Assembly: GCA_020241865.1 (NCBI GenBank)
Contig: GCA_020241865.1_4709.1
DNA length: 64,000 nucleotides
Source: a phage
Direction: 5' to 3' (one strand)
Under the pieces are notes generated by a model, which was given only the letters and a program-made list of their open reading frames with translations, was not told where the DNA came from and searched no databases. A program made the position numbers and the translations under genes. Below are positions 19,338 through 28,374 of the stretch, in pieces; positions within the stretch are counted from its first letter, which is position 1; each line of letters begins with the position of its first letter.

Positions 19338-19709
19338 TTAAGATTCTCCGTGATACCCATAACCTTCATCCTCGACACGTCGACACATCGGTAAAAATAA
19401 ACACCAGCTTGTTGCACTGAGGATCGCCGTTGCGATGATATTTGCGATATCACTCAATCGAGCATCGGCTTGCCACATAACAAGCATGAAAAGAACGTAC
19501 GCGAACCCATACACGACAAACCGTCTGATGTTACGCGTCGACCACGTACAAATATACAAAAGGGGAAGCTGCCCTATAACACAAACGATGGTTCGGATAA
19601 CGTAATAAACGCGTTCCGTCGTTGTTTCAAAATCGATATTCGTTGCAGAAATCCCAATCATTATAAAAGTGAAAATGAAATAGATTTTTGCGTATGCTTT
19701 TAAACTCAT
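19338..19709 (-). CDS. small multi-pass membrane protein (holin candidate)
   Basis: 123-aa ORF with 3-4 hydrophobic helices; overlaps track ORF 19049..19453, one of which is probably spurious. Confidence 0.4.
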   Translation of the reverse strand: MSLKAYAKIYFIFTFIMIGISATNIDFETTTERVYYVIRTIVCVIGQLPLLYICTWSTRNIRRFVVYGFAYVLFMLVMWQADARLSDIANIIATAILSATSWCLFLPMCRRVEDEGYGYHGES

Positions 19710-19725
19710 GGCTTTTCCCGATCGT

Positions 19726-19959
19726 TTATTTGTGTTTTCCTACATTCCTCAACAAGGTAACGATAACGAATACCGCTATCATCAAGAAGACGAACCATAA
19801 CCCTACGTTAATTCGGGCAGCAGGTTCATCGACCATGAAGAACATCATCCCACAAAACCCAATGACCATCCATGCTAGAACCATCCCCGTTAATCCCCGT
19901 AGTAGCATATGTCCCATCATGAACTCCTTCTTACTTTTTCTGATAAAGCGATGATTCAA
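19726..19959 (-). CDS. small membrane protein with two transmembrane helices (holin-like)
   Basis: 77-aa ORF; helices LTGMVLAWMVIGFCGMMFFMV and LWFVFLMIAVFVIVTLL; charged C-terminus. Confidence 0.45.
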   Translation of the reverse strand: MNHRFIRKSKKEFMMGHMLLRGLTGMVLAWMVIGFCGMMFFMVDEPAARINVGLWFVFLMIAVFVIVTLLRNVGKHK

Positions 19960-20093
19960 ATTTTAGAAACATCACTAACGCGAATGCGAGTAATAACGCA
20001 CGTACCCACATACCTCCTTGACAACTGTTGTACAACATAAAGACCAGAGCGATGCCGCCCATATGCAGGCGGCACTTATCGAACAGTGTTGGT

Positions 20094-20321
20094 TTATACA
20101 TAAGAGATCAATCGTTGAATGATTTTTACTTTGCCTTTGCCTGGACCTTTCTTGCGGCGATTCAACAGACGGATACTGTTTCCAGTTACGGTGTCGCCAT
20201 CATAATCAGCCCGGAACTGTGATAAAAAAGCAGGTTGTATCTGATCGACACCAGGATTGCTGTGGAAAGGATTGAGACTTAAAAGAGGGTTAGCTGGAAT
20301 CATCGTATTGTCCTTACTCAA
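20094..20321 (-). CDS. small basic protein with KKGPGKGK motif
   Basis: 75-aa ORF abutting the stop of 20322..20672; the C-terminal RRKKGPGKGKVKII motif is shared with the three small proteins at 38985..39551. Confidence 0.4.
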   Translation of the reverse strand: MSKDNTMIPANPLLSLNPFHSNPGVDQIQPAFLSQFRADYDGDTVTGNSIRLLNRRKKGPGKGKVKIIQRLISYV

Positions 20322-20672
20322 TTATTTACCCAGATAGAGATATTCACCGCCCTGAACAACACCGGTTGCTGGATCAACAAGTATACGAACCCTCGCGTAG
20401 GTCTTGAAAGAGGGGTTGAAAACTTCGAAGTCTGCCACTTTCAATTTCACGCTGGGGTTGGTAGGGTTCTTAACTCCGGGAAGTTCTTTCGGGGTACCGA
20501 AATCAACACCGCATTCTTCAAGGTCTGCTGGCGTCATGCTCTCCATGGCCATGTAGATTGCTTTTGCTTTATCGTAAACTTCTGGGCTATCCAGCAATCC
20601 AGCCTGCGCCGAACCGACAACACTACCGAACAGAATAGCAACAGCAACAAACAATTTAGTTAACGTTTTCAT
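20322..20672 (-). CDS. secreted/periplasmic protein
   Basis: 116-aa ORF; signal peptide MKTLTKLFVAVAILFGSVVGSAQA. Confidence 0.5.
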   Translation of the reverse strand: MKTLTKLFVAVAILFGSVVGSAQAGLLDSPEVYDKAKAIYMAMESMTPADLEECGVDFGTPKELPGVKNPTNPSVKLKVADFEVFNPSFKTYARVRILVDPATGVVQGGEYLYLGK

Positions 20673-20708
20673 GATATTTTCCTCGAAAGTAAAATGTTAC
20701 AATACCTA

Positions 20709-21131
20709 TTAACGTACGGCCGCTACGCTGTTAGCGCATGCCTGAATATCATCGGTATTTACGATGATGGTTTCGTTAAACGCACGAATACGTGCACGAC
20801 GTGCTTCTTTAAGGCTGGCGATTGCGCTAGCAGCTTGATCTGTATTCGCGAGGCTAATAACCGGGATCAAACGCATGTCAGGACTGCAGATATTCAATGC
20901 TTGGTATACACGTCCATTGATTCCTACGGTATCAGACATCGGATAGTGCGCACGGCATTGAAATTGACCCATGACAACAAGCGAACGATCTGAGATACCA
21001 ATCTGATAACGACCATCTTCACTGTAGGCGTAGCAGTTATTCCCACGAGCCATCCAGTTAGCCTGTGCTTGCGTGCTAACAAAAGCCAGGGTGGTGACGA
21101 TAGCGAATACGATATTTTTGAACAGTTTCAT
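20709..21131 (-). CDS. secreted/periplasmic protein
   Basis: 140-aa ORF; signal peptide MKLFKNIVFAIVTTLAFVSTQAQA; several Cys residues. Confidence 0.5.
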   Translation of the reverse strand: MKLFKNIVFAIVTTLAFVSTQAQANWMARGNNCYAYSEDGRYQIGISDRSLVVMGQFQCRAHYPMSDTVGINGRVYQALNICSPDMRLIPVISLANTDQAASAIASLKEARRARIRAFNETIIVNTDDIQACANSVAAVR

Positions 21132-21191
21132 GATAAAGATCCTTATTGAAATAAAATCGGTATAAAGGCCCCCCCATTTAGGGGGACCTGA

Positions 21192-21509
21192 TTAGTTTGC
21201 ACGTAAGAAATGACCTAGAACCGTTACAATTGGAAACAGTCCTGTAACCGTATTATCACCCGAAAACATCATCTTTGAGTCGTTAACGGTGATGAAACGG
21301 ATGTCGGTTGCGGATCCGTCGATAGCGACAAAACGCATTGAGTTCGGTGGAAGATCCTCAACAACTTCCACGAGGTGTTCACGATTTTCAAAGGCTTCTT
21401 TAACACGACGCATGAAACGAATCAATGTTCCTTCAGCGTCGGCTTCCAAATGACCTAAGATATCGCGATTATTGCGAATAGCGAATACAGACATTTTAAA
21501 CATACACAT
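21192..21509 (-). CDS. hypothetical protein
   Basis: 105-aa ORF downstream of the conserved 25-nt motif. Confidence 0.45.
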   Translation of the reverse strand: MCMFKMSVFAIRNNRDILGHLEADAEGTLIRFMRRVKEAFENREHLVEVVEDLPPNSMRFVAIDGSATDIRFITVNDSKMMFSGDNTVTGLFPIVTVLGHFLRAN

Positions 21510-21574
21510 CTTGACATCCTTTTATATTGGATTGATTGCTAATAGTTCAAGGTGAAGCTGATTACTGCATTGCT

Positions 21575-21599
21575 TCACCTAGGTAATATAGCCGTGAAA
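21575..21599. promoter_or_regulatory. conserved 25-nt intergenic motif TCACCTAGGTAATATAGCCGTGAAA (copy 1), candidate phage promoter
   Basis: 24/25 identical to 51961..51985; both lie 41-66 nt upstream of a minus-strand start codon; contains a TATATT (-10-like) element on the minus strand; flanked by inverted repeat 21551-58/21572-79. Confidence 0.45.
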
Positions 21600-21617
21600 A
21601 TTAATGCATTAATTTAT

Positions 21618-22643
21618 TCACGACTTCGCCATGTAGGGTTGAATCGCATGGAAGCGTTTAACCACAACTTCAGGAAAAAGTTTGATGATTTCATCAGGCG
21701 GTGCTGCACCTTCTGTCCAACGATAGCGTTCAACCTTCTCGATGCGTGGACTCCCTCCGACGTCAGCGATACGAAAGATACAGGCGATGCCTAAATCAAA
21801 ACACACGCTGTAAATATCTTCCGTGCCTCCTTTATCAGCAAGTATTTTCGCAAAATGCTCGTTATCAGGAAGAATGGCTAAATTACGTATACGCCAAACA
21901 TTATTACCCATTTCTTCAAGGATTGGGTATGTTAAAGTGTGTCCGTGTCGTGTTAACCATCGATGATTTTCGAGGTAGAAGTCCTTATCCCCTGGCCGGT
22001 AACCCATAATCACTCCCGTGTAGAAGAGATTGGGCATATCGAGCAGTTCTTGAATCGTTGGGCCGGTATACTCCCAGAGACAGATTTGTTTGCGGTCTAT
22101 ATCGTAATCTGTGACGTTACTCACCTCCCAACTTATCGTAAGTTCGTCGATAACATGCCAACCTAAAGTGTGTTCGCAACAAAATAGATTAACAATGGCT
22201 GATATCTCATACTTGTCAAATACCCCCAAATTACACGGTGGTTGCATCGTACGTAACGGCTCCCATAACGCACTGTAATCATAGAGCAAGTGCCGACACA
22301 AACTTTTTGTTAGTGGTGTCTGTTCAGTAAACAGTGGAAGAATCACCTTATCCAATAACAGACGTAACGGATGGTCGTCTGGTGGTAGAGGAGCAACTAG
22401 ACGACCTCCTTCTTTAGGGTAATCAAGGCCAAACCCGTAACGCTCCGAAATGAGTGCAATCAACACTTTTGCTACGCGATTACGTAGCATGCGATGGATA
22501 TCATCACTGTAACTGAATTTCGGTTTATTTCCGCAAACGAAGGTGAAGTATCTAGGTGATAGCTTAACCATAATCTTTTCCTTAATCCAAATAGTACGTG
22601 ATGGATAGGTCTTTTCCATCGAATACAATATCCGTGCAGTCAT
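21618..22643 (-). CDS. hypothetical protein
   Basis: 341-aa ORF; no motif recognised. Confidence 0.5.
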   Translation of the reverse strand: MTARILYSMEKTYPSRTIWIKEKIMVKLSPRYFTFVCGNKPKFSYSDDIHRMLRNRVAKVLIALISERYGFGLDYPKEGGRLVAPLPPDDHPLRLLLDKVILPLFTEQTPLTKSLCRHLLYDYSALWEPLRTMQPPCNLGVFDKYEISAIVNLFCCEHTLGWHVIDELTISWEVSNVTDYDIDRKQICLWEYTGPTIQELLDMPNLFYTGVIMGYRPGDKDFYLENHRWLTRHGHTLTYPILEEMGNNVWRIRNLAILPDNEHFAKILADKGGTEDIYSVCFDLGIACIFRIADVGGSPRIEKVERYRWTEGAAPPDEIIKLFPEVVVKRFHAIQPYMAKS

Positions 22644-23028
22644 GGATGGTCGGTAATACCATTTTTGCTGCTATTGGGACGTATGCCTGCAGTTCCATGA
22701 AGTTGTTCATACGGAACGCACGACGTACCATCAACGGCGTTAAAGTAAACGTTACGCTAACGTTACCGCTTGGGAGCAGGTGCATTATCGCATGTCCGTG
22801 ATCGCACCAGCAATGGTTTTCGATCCATCCGGTGTAAATCAGAATGTCTTTATCTTCGTCGTAATAAGCAATGCCAGTCTGCTTTAAACGGCTGGTAAAT
22901 CGAGAGGCCTGCTCATAGCCCGCACGCAACATTCGAGCAACCAGGCGAGTGTTGTTAGCGATTCGATTCTGTTCGTTGGTTTTTGTGGTTTTGAAAAGTT
23001 CGATACGTTCTGCTTTTGTAATTTGCAT
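22582..23028 (-). CDS. hypothetical protein
   Basis: 148-aa ORF; overlaps the 5' end of the downstream ORF, so the start is uncertain. Confidence 0.4.
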   Translation of the reverse strand: MQITKAERIELFKTTKTNEQNRIANNTRLVARMLRAGYEQASRFTSRLKQTGIAYYDEDKDILIYTGWIENHCWCDHGHAIMHLLPSGNVSVTFTLTPLMVRRAFRMNNFMELQAYVPIAAKMVLPTIHDCTDIVFDGKDLSITYYLD

Positions 23029-23033
23029 GATTA

Positions 23034-23399
23034 CTAACCTAATGAATTGCGTTTAAATAATTGGATGTATGGGGTACCAAATAAAGGACTGTATGAATGT
23101 ATTCGGTTCTCCTCTGATTCGTAATACTCGATAGGCCACGATATTGGTTTAGGTAAACGATCTAACGCTTGCAACACGGCGAGTTTAACGCTATTACTTT
23201 CGATCGGATACGGAAGTACCGTTGACGAACAGAACACACGTGTTCGATGTAAATAAATGAGATGCTGCTGTAGCTTAGACAAACGCCTACGCTTGATTAA
23301 GAAACCAGTTACGCGGCAATCGGAGTGATCGTAGTGATAACGTGCGCTATCGAAATAAACCTGTTCTCCTCTAACAATGAGATACTTTATCGCTTGCAT
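23034..23399 (-). CDS. hypothetical protein
   Basis: 121-aa ORF. Confidence 0.4.
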   Translation of the reverse strand: MQAIKYLIVRGEQVYFDSARYHYDHSDCRVTGFLIKRRRLSKLQQHLIYLHRTRVFCSSTVLPYPIESNSVKLAVLQALDRLPKPISWPIEYYESEENRIHSYSPLFGTPYIQLFKRNSLG

Positions 23400-23446
23400 G
23401 AAAGAGTAACGGCGTAATTATCCATTAGCCAACATGACACGAATCA

Positions 23447-24046
23447 TTACTTATGTTCCAGTGTTGGTCCAAACAACCAGAATGTCAGGCGCTGATAGAC
23501 CTGTTCGCTGACCGCGGCTTCTGTTTGCTCTTCTAGTGATTTCCCTTTTTTATGCTGTATTTCTGGCGGGATGTCGCCCGTGTAAACATACCCTGTTGAG
23601 AAGTCCCACGCCAGCCGTTTACCGAATGTGGGTAAGAACACCTCTTCGAATCGGAACGCTTTCGAATTCCAATGAAGCAGCTGATCGGATTCAACACGTA
23701 ATGCTTTATTACGTTTGCTTGGCATGTTTCCGAAGTACTGAACGATGGCTGACTTCATAACCCGATCAGCGAAGTCTTTGGCTTCGGTCTCATCGAGGGG
23801 AGGCAGGCGATGCGATAGATTCAGCTTGCGTTGTTCAACATCAATCTTACGCATCGCTTTAATCAAATCACTAGGGACGATTTTACCCTTATGTCCTTCC
23901 TGTCGGTGTATGAAACACCCCTGGAATAACACGCAAAGTTCTTGAGGTGCGGTACTTTCCATTCGTCCGTAAGCAACGATCACCGAACGGCGACGGTCGA
24001 TAACTTCGCGGATAAACCGCGGCTCAGTAATACTCACCACTGTCAT
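23447..24046 (-). CDS. hypothetical protein
   Basis: 199-aa ORF. Confidence 0.45.
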   Translation of the reverse strand: MTVVSITEPRFIREVIDRRRSVIVAYGRMESTAPQELCVLFQGCFIHRQEGHKGKIVPSDLIKAMRKIDVEQRKLNLSHRLPPLDETEAKDFADRVMKSAIVQYFGNMPSKRNKALRVESDQLLHWNSKAFRFEEVFLPTFGKRLAWDFSTGYVYTGDIPPEIQHKKGKSLEEQTEAAVSEQVYQRLTFWLFGPTLEHK

Positions 24047-24090
24047 TTAAAGCCCTCTTTATCTTTTTCCATTTCTCTTTACATAACCAC

Positions 24091-24816
24091 TTAAGACGTT
24101 GCCATCTTATCTTCCAGAGACTTCTTCGGTAAACCATGGATAACTCCTTCCGGGGTTAAGAACACACAGTCTGGATTCTGCGTTCGCGAACGGTCGTCTG
24201 GAGTGTTCAACGAGAACAACAACGCAGAAATACCTTTCGTCCGGTTTAACGTCGCTACGATCACGTCAAGCTGCCGTAGTGCATCCGATACCGTTCGATG
24301 AGGAACGATACGTGACTGTTTGAAGCTGGCTAACCGCCAAGTCTCGAACAAACAACGCAGTTTAAACACGTCAGACGGAACAGCAGTAGATCCCTGTTCG
24401 ATAACCTCAACCCGATCAGCTTCAGGATAACCTACGGCAACCGCACTAAAGTGTCTTACCCCATTATGAAAATCATCGATAGATGCTTCAGCGTATTTAC
24501 ATACCGTGCCAGAAACGACCATCACTTTTGCTAAACCGCGATAATTGATCGTCAACGGAATACGAAATACACGTAAAGCATGTTCCGGATTTAATGAGAC
24601 GTCGTTAACCTTCGTTGCGGTCAGCTTACCACGCTCGTAACGTGCGGTGAACGGCAGCCCGTCATAAACGGGATTGATTACAACGCCCCCTGGGGAGGCG
24701 TTAGCGTTAAGATGGACATTAAGCCAATCGGATACTTCCTGTCTACTAGTTACGATTAACATAAAACGGTCCTCCATTTCTTTTCCTTTATTCATGACGA
24801 GTATCTTCCAAATCAT
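24091..24816 (-). CDS. hypothetical protein
   Basis: 241-aa ORF; a degenerate copy of the 25-nt motif core (TATATGCCGTGAAAG, 24866..24880) lies about 50 nt upstream of its start, inside the preceding gene. Confidence 0.45.
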   Translation of the reverse strand: MIWKILVMNKGKEMEDRFMLIVTSRQEVSDWLNVHLNANASPGGVVINPVYDGLPFTARYERGKLTATKVNDVSLNPEHALRVFRIPLTINYRGLAKVMVVSGTVCKYAEASIDDFHNGVRHFSAVAVGYPEADRVEVIEQGSTAVPSDVFKLRCLFETWRLASFKQSRIVPHRTVSDALRQLDVIVATLNRTKGISALLFSLNTPDDRSRTQNPDCVFLTPEGVIHGLPKKSLEDKMATS

Positions 24817-25438
24817 CCCTTTGTTTTGTAAATTCTGATTGCTTGCGATAAACCGTCCACGAATCGTATATGCCGTGAAAGTTCAAATGACGTGCATTTA
24901 AGTTAACGGTGAATTCTTCCACAGAGGAGAAATCCGAACGAAGCATCGAATGGAAGGCGTCATCTCCGGTGCAGCCCCCGTATCCCTCACCCTGATAGAT
25001 CAAAAGCTGATGTGGTTGAATACGCGCGGCAACCAGCGCAGCTTGTGGTTCGCAGTAAGGCGGCCACGACAGTAAAATAACATCGTACTGTGAAAGATCG
25101 ATGTTCGTGTAGTCGACCTGCTGAATGTCCTCGATAAACGGGTGGGGATGTAATTCCGTATCGTAGGCGGTAACGTCCTCAACACCAAGTTTACGTAGTA
25201 CATAAGTCAGGTAACCTGTCCCACAACCCAAATCAGCGACACGTCGCCCGTAACAGATATTCGCTAACTGGAGCGCGGTATCCATGGTTAACAACGACCA
25301 TCCAATGTGCTGGGTACATTCTTCACGCACACTCCATTGTTGATGGTACGTCATGGGTTCTATGATACTAGCAAGCTGCTGGTACGGCAATGGCATTCTG
25401 GTTTCGCCTTGCGTGAGTAATGCAATAACGTTGTTCAT
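24788..25438 (-). CDS. class I SAM-dependent methyltransferase
   Basis: 216-aa ORF; SAM-binding motif I VADLGCGTGYLT followed by an acidic residue at the end of beta-2 (YDTE); substrate not inferable. Confidence 0.6.
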   Translation of the reverse strand: MNNVIALLTQGETRMPLPYQQLASIIEPMTYHQQWSVREECTQHIGWSLLTMDTALQLANICYGRRVADLGCGTGYLTYVLRKLGVEDVTAYDTELHPHPFIEDIQQVDYTNIDLSQYDVILLSWPPYCEPQAALVAARIQPHQLLIYQGEGYGGCTGDDAFHSMLRSDFSSVEEFTVNLNARHLNFHGIYDSWTVYRKQSEFTKQRDDLEDTRHE

Positions 25439-25463
25439 TTTGTTTCCTTTTTTATCAGCATAA

Positions 25464-25484
25464 ACCCTCCCGTGCCGGGAGGGT
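25464..25484 (-). terminator. hairpin of the recurrent family (ACCCTCCC/GGGAGGGT) followed on the minus strand by GTTTATGCTG and an 8-codon mini-ORF
   Basis: 8-bp stem with loop gtgcc; downstream ATG CTG ATA AAA AAG GAA ACA AAA TGA ends in an ATGA overlap with the start of 24788..25438. Confidence 0.55.
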
Positions 25485-25488
25485 ACGA

Positions 25489-25917
25489 TTATTCATTTTC
25501 AATAACTTTAAGATTCGGCGTACCGAGTGTTTTCTTGACCAACGCCTCAGCAACGCGTTTCTCGATGAAATCGGTCGCATTGCTTCCGTCTATCGTGCGC
25601 ATGTCACCACGGAAGTTATTGAAGACCATAAACAAGTCGCAACCGTCGATAGGTATCGCAAGATCATAACTGACTTGTGATGCCGTGAAATGGACACCGA
25701 CGACAACGGCGGGAACGAATTTAACCGCTGTGTTATCTCCTTCTTCTCCGGTTCCGAACGGAAGCTCAACCCGATCACCGATAGAAAATTGCGCAACATC
25801 ACCAATGATGCGAGTTAATGCTGCTCGTTGCATGTCGGCGATATTTTCCTTATTCGCGTCGCAAGGTAGGTCTAAGACTTCTTCCAACGTGAAGAATTTA
25901 CGATCGAACCAGCTCAT
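25489..25917 (-). CDS. hypothetical protein
   Basis: 142-aa ORF; start 2 nt after the stop of the GNAT gene. Confidence 0.45.
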   Translation of the reverse strand: MSWFDRKFFTLEEVLDLPCDANKENIADMQRAALTRIIGDVAQFSIGDRVELPFGTGEEGDNTAVKFVPAVVVGVHFTASQVSYDLAIPIDGCDLFMVFNNFRGDMRTIDGSNATDFIEKRVAEALVKKTLGTPNLKVIENE

Positions 25918-25918
25918 G

Positions 25919-26452
25919 TTAAGCTCCTTTCTGTTTGATTGATGATGTTAACCACGATGATCTTACCGTGAAACCCTCGGACTCGTAGAACGCCTGGGCT
26001 TCGTCGTTATCAGCACGAACATCCAGGCCGATAGAATGCCCGCCGCATCGGTAAGCGATGTTACGTGCTTCGTTCATCAAGGCGTGGCCGATCCCGCGTC
26101 CACGGTATTTCGGTTTTACAACAATCGATGTAACATCATGAATGCCCATATGGCTCTCTGTATTCACTTCCAAGAGGCCTACCGGTATCGAAGCGATGGT
26201 GTCGATCATAACGACCAACTTTGCGGTGTCCGGTAAACGCTTCTCTAATTCTAAGGCATCGTACTCGCGTTTTAAATCGGGGATATTCTCAAACATAAAC
26301 GTGGTTGCCCATGCCTCTGATTCTACATCATCGAGAATACGGTACAGCTCACGAATCTGTCGTTTATGTGGGTAAAGGTGTGGATCGGCAGCCGTTGAGG
26401 CGATAACGCAATAGAACGGCCGTTCATTAATAACTACTGTTTTGATGCTCAT
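25919..26452 (-). CDS. GNAT-family N-acetyltransferase
   Basis: 177-aa ORF; acetyl-CoA-binding motif A (VVKPKYRGRGIGHALMNEA) and C-terminal motif B (AFYESEGFTV). Confidence 0.65.
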   Translation of the reverse strand: MSIKTVVINERPFYCVIASTAADPHLYPHKRQIRELYRILDDVESEAWATTFMFENIPDLKREYDALELEKRLPDTAKLVVMIDTIASIPVGLLEVNTESHMGIHDVTSIVVKPKYRGRGIGHALMNEARNIAYRCGGHSIGLDVRADNDEAQAFYESEGFTVRSSWLTSSIKQKGA

Positions 26453-26955
26453 GCTAAAATTCCCTCATTACCTAACAGTCGATTACGGTGACGTCGGTAC
26501 ATTTGACAAAGTGTTGTGATTTGATAAAGTTTGTTATAACGTAATTCGATACGTTTTTGCACCTCTTTCCATGAAAGTTTATCATATTGCCGATAACGAT
26601 GGATTTCATTCAACATCCGAAGACGCGTAGGATCGGTATTCTTTATTGTTACGAGCTTCACGCGTTGGTATCCGCGCTGCAACCCCGATTCAGAATACGT
26701 AATGCCGAACTCATCCTGAATGATAGTAATGATCTCCCGCCATCGGCGCTTCTCGCCGTCACGTAAATGGACAACCCGCGATAAGATATCGTTCCGATTA
26801 CGATGACTCAGTTTAATGTTAAGCATTGAAGCAATCGCGCTAATTGCTCTCTGACTCCGCCCTAACGCCTCACCGATCTCTTTCGATGTCATGACGCCAG
26901 CGTTTCGACGTATGAATGCGATTTCGGTTGTTGTGTATTCTTTACCTGCCGCCAT
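26449..26955 (-). CDS. GcrA-like / sigma-70 region-4-like HTH protein, paralog 1 of 6
   Basis: 168-aa ORF; repeated HTH modules (TTTEIAFIRRNAGVMTSKEIGEALGRSQRAISAI ...) matching the W-x-EE-D...L...IA..LGRT...V...R pattern of paralogs 2-6. Confidence 0.6.
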   Translation of the reverse strand: MAAGKEYTTTEIAFIRRNAGVMTSKEIGEALGRSQRAISAIASMLNIKLSHRNRNDILSRVVHLRDGEKRRWREIITIIQDEFGITYSESGLQRGYQRVKLVTIKNTDPTRLRMLNEIHRYRQYDKLSWKEVQKRIELRYNKLYQITTLCQMYRRHRNRLLGNEGILA

Positions 26956-27419
26956 TTCTTACCACGCGTGTTATAATAGTAACGTTGACAAAGATGTGTG
27001 TGATGGTACTCCCGTTTGAACTCGACATTGATAATGCGAGCAACTTCTCTCCAGCTAACCCCTTCATGTCGAAGTGTCGTGATACGGTCTGAAATTTTGC
27101 ACCATTCACCAGGATCGTATCGTCGCAGTTTATGACGTCGTATTACGGAGGCGACGCTCGCTTTCGAGCGACCAAGATGATTCGACATTCGTTTAATCGA
27201 GTATCTATGGATATTATCGCGAATATAGGAAAGCTCGTTGTCTGTATACGTCGCGTTGGTTCTCGGCGAAGGGAACAATACGTATAACTTATTCTTAATC
27301 GCGCTTTCTGTGCGTTGAAACACGGTAACCAGTTCACTAATCGATGGTCTAGGTATTTGATACGCGTAATTCTCGAGGCGTGAGAGTTCCTCATCTGTCC
27401 AGCGGCGGTATTTGCGCAT
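26889..27419 (-). CDS. GcrA-like HTH protein, paralog 2 of 6
   Basis: Start placed at the internal ATG (MRKYRRWTDEELSRLENY); the track ORF extends to 27503 and would overlap paralog 3; 3' end overlaps paralog 1 by 67 nt. Confidence 0.55.
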   Translation of the reverse strand: MRKYRRWTDEELSRLENYAYQIPRPSISELVTVFQRTESAIKNKLYVLFPSPRTNATYTDNELSYIRDNIHRYSIKRMSNHLGRSKASVASVIRRHKLRRYDPGEWCKISDRITTLRHEGVSWREVARIINVEFKREYHHTHLCQRYYYNTRGKKWRQVKNTQQPKSHSYVETLAS

Positions 27420-27894
27420 GGGCAACTCCTTTGTTTTTCGTGTAATAACACCAACGTTGATACAACGCATGTTTATTCGTTGTAATCCCAAATTTAACAA
27501 CAACGTCGTATGTGATAATATTCCAATTTTGGGTGACGTTAAGTCGTTCCGCGATAAACGCGATAATCGCTTCCCGTTCTTGCTTGGTTAACGCACGACG
27601 AATTCCATTAAGCCGTATAAACTGACGAACCGAGTCATACGAACGGTTTAAATCATACGCAATCTCCCTCAGCGATTTTTGTTTGATTACGGACTTGATG
27701 TACGCACGTTCTTCTTCCGTATACGGTCGATGCTTCTGGCGTTGACGTATTCCCAAACGCCCCAGACACGCGTCGATGCTGGCGTATGTTCGTCCTGTCC
27801 GTTGTGCGATTTCATCAATCGTCAGCGGCGTGTTCAAGTACATGTGTGTAACATCTTTTAACTCATCGTTACGCCACGGCCGAGGTCGTCGCAT
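27391..27894 (-). CDS. GcrA-like HTH protein, paralog 3 of 6
   Basis: 167-aa ORF; WRNDELKDVTHMYLNTPLTIDEIAQRTGRTYASIDACLGRLGI plus a second HTH repeat. Confidence 0.6.
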   Translation of the reverse strand: MRRPRPWRNDELKDVTHMYLNTPLTIDEIAQRTGRTYASIDACLGRLGIRQRQKHRPYTEEERAYIKSVIKQKSLREIAYDLNRSYDSVRQFIRLNGIRRALTKQEREAIIAFIAERLNVTQNWNIITYDVVVKFGITTNKHALYQRWCYYTKNKGVAHAQIPPLDR

Positions 27895-28372
27895 CTTGTA
27901 TCCCTCTTTTCTTTCTATGATGCCACCAACGCTGATAAACAGCTTGCTTCGTCCGTGTTATGCCAAAATGCGCATTAACCCGTTCAGCAATGTGGTACCA
28001 ATCCTGCGTTTCTTCTAACAATGCATCAACGAAGGCTATGAAGATCTTAGTATCATCCTCGCTTAACCGCTTGAAGCCATGGCGGTGTGCTATTGTTCGA
28101 ATACTGTTTGGATCTCTGTTTAAATCGCGTGCGAGCTGTTTGTAACTTTTGTGCTTACAGTGTAGTCTGATATGTTCTAATTCATCGACGCTGAAACGTT
28201 TATGCGGTTTACGGCGTTCGACGTTTAAGTACCTCAACCTTGATTCGATTGCACCGTACGTCGTTTCCATGATTTCCGCGATTTCACGGATTTTTAATTT
28301 CGGGCGACGATCGTATAGTTTCAGCAACTGCTCATCGTACTTACGATTCCATCGTCGTACTGGGGGTTTCAC
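27869..28372 (-). CDS. GcrA-like HTH protein, paralog 4 of 6
   Basis: 167-aa ORF; WNRKYDEQLLKLYDRRPKLKIREIAEIMETTYGAIESRLRYL plus a second repeat. Confidence 0.6.
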   Translation of the reverse strand: MKPPVRRWNRKYDEQLLKLYDRRPKLKIREIAEIMETTYGAIESRLRYLNVERRKPHKRFSVDELEHIRLHCKHKSYKQLARDLNRDPNSIRTIAHRHGFKRLSEDDTKIFIAFVDALLEETQDWYHIAERVNAHFGITRTKQAVYQRWWHHRKKRGIQDATTSAVA

Positions 28373-28374
28373 AA

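Noticed and set aside
19049-19453. 134-aa Arg-rich ORF overlapping the membrane-protein gene 19338..19709
   Set aside because: The two cannot both be full length; the hydrophobic ORF has the more gene-like composition, though a shorter version of this ORF starting at an internal Met cannot be excluded.
21168-21188. Short C/G hairpin (CCCCC ... GGGGG) between 21192..21509 and 20709..21131
   Set aside because: Only a 5-bp stem with a 5-nt loop and no convincing U-tract; too weak to call as a terminator.
21575-21599. Resemblance of the minus-strand reading of the 25-nt motif (..CCTAGGTGA..) to the SP6 promoter core TTAGGTGACACTATAG
   Set aside because: The match covers only about 8 nt and no single-subunit RNA polymerase gene is present in this window; treated as chance until tested.
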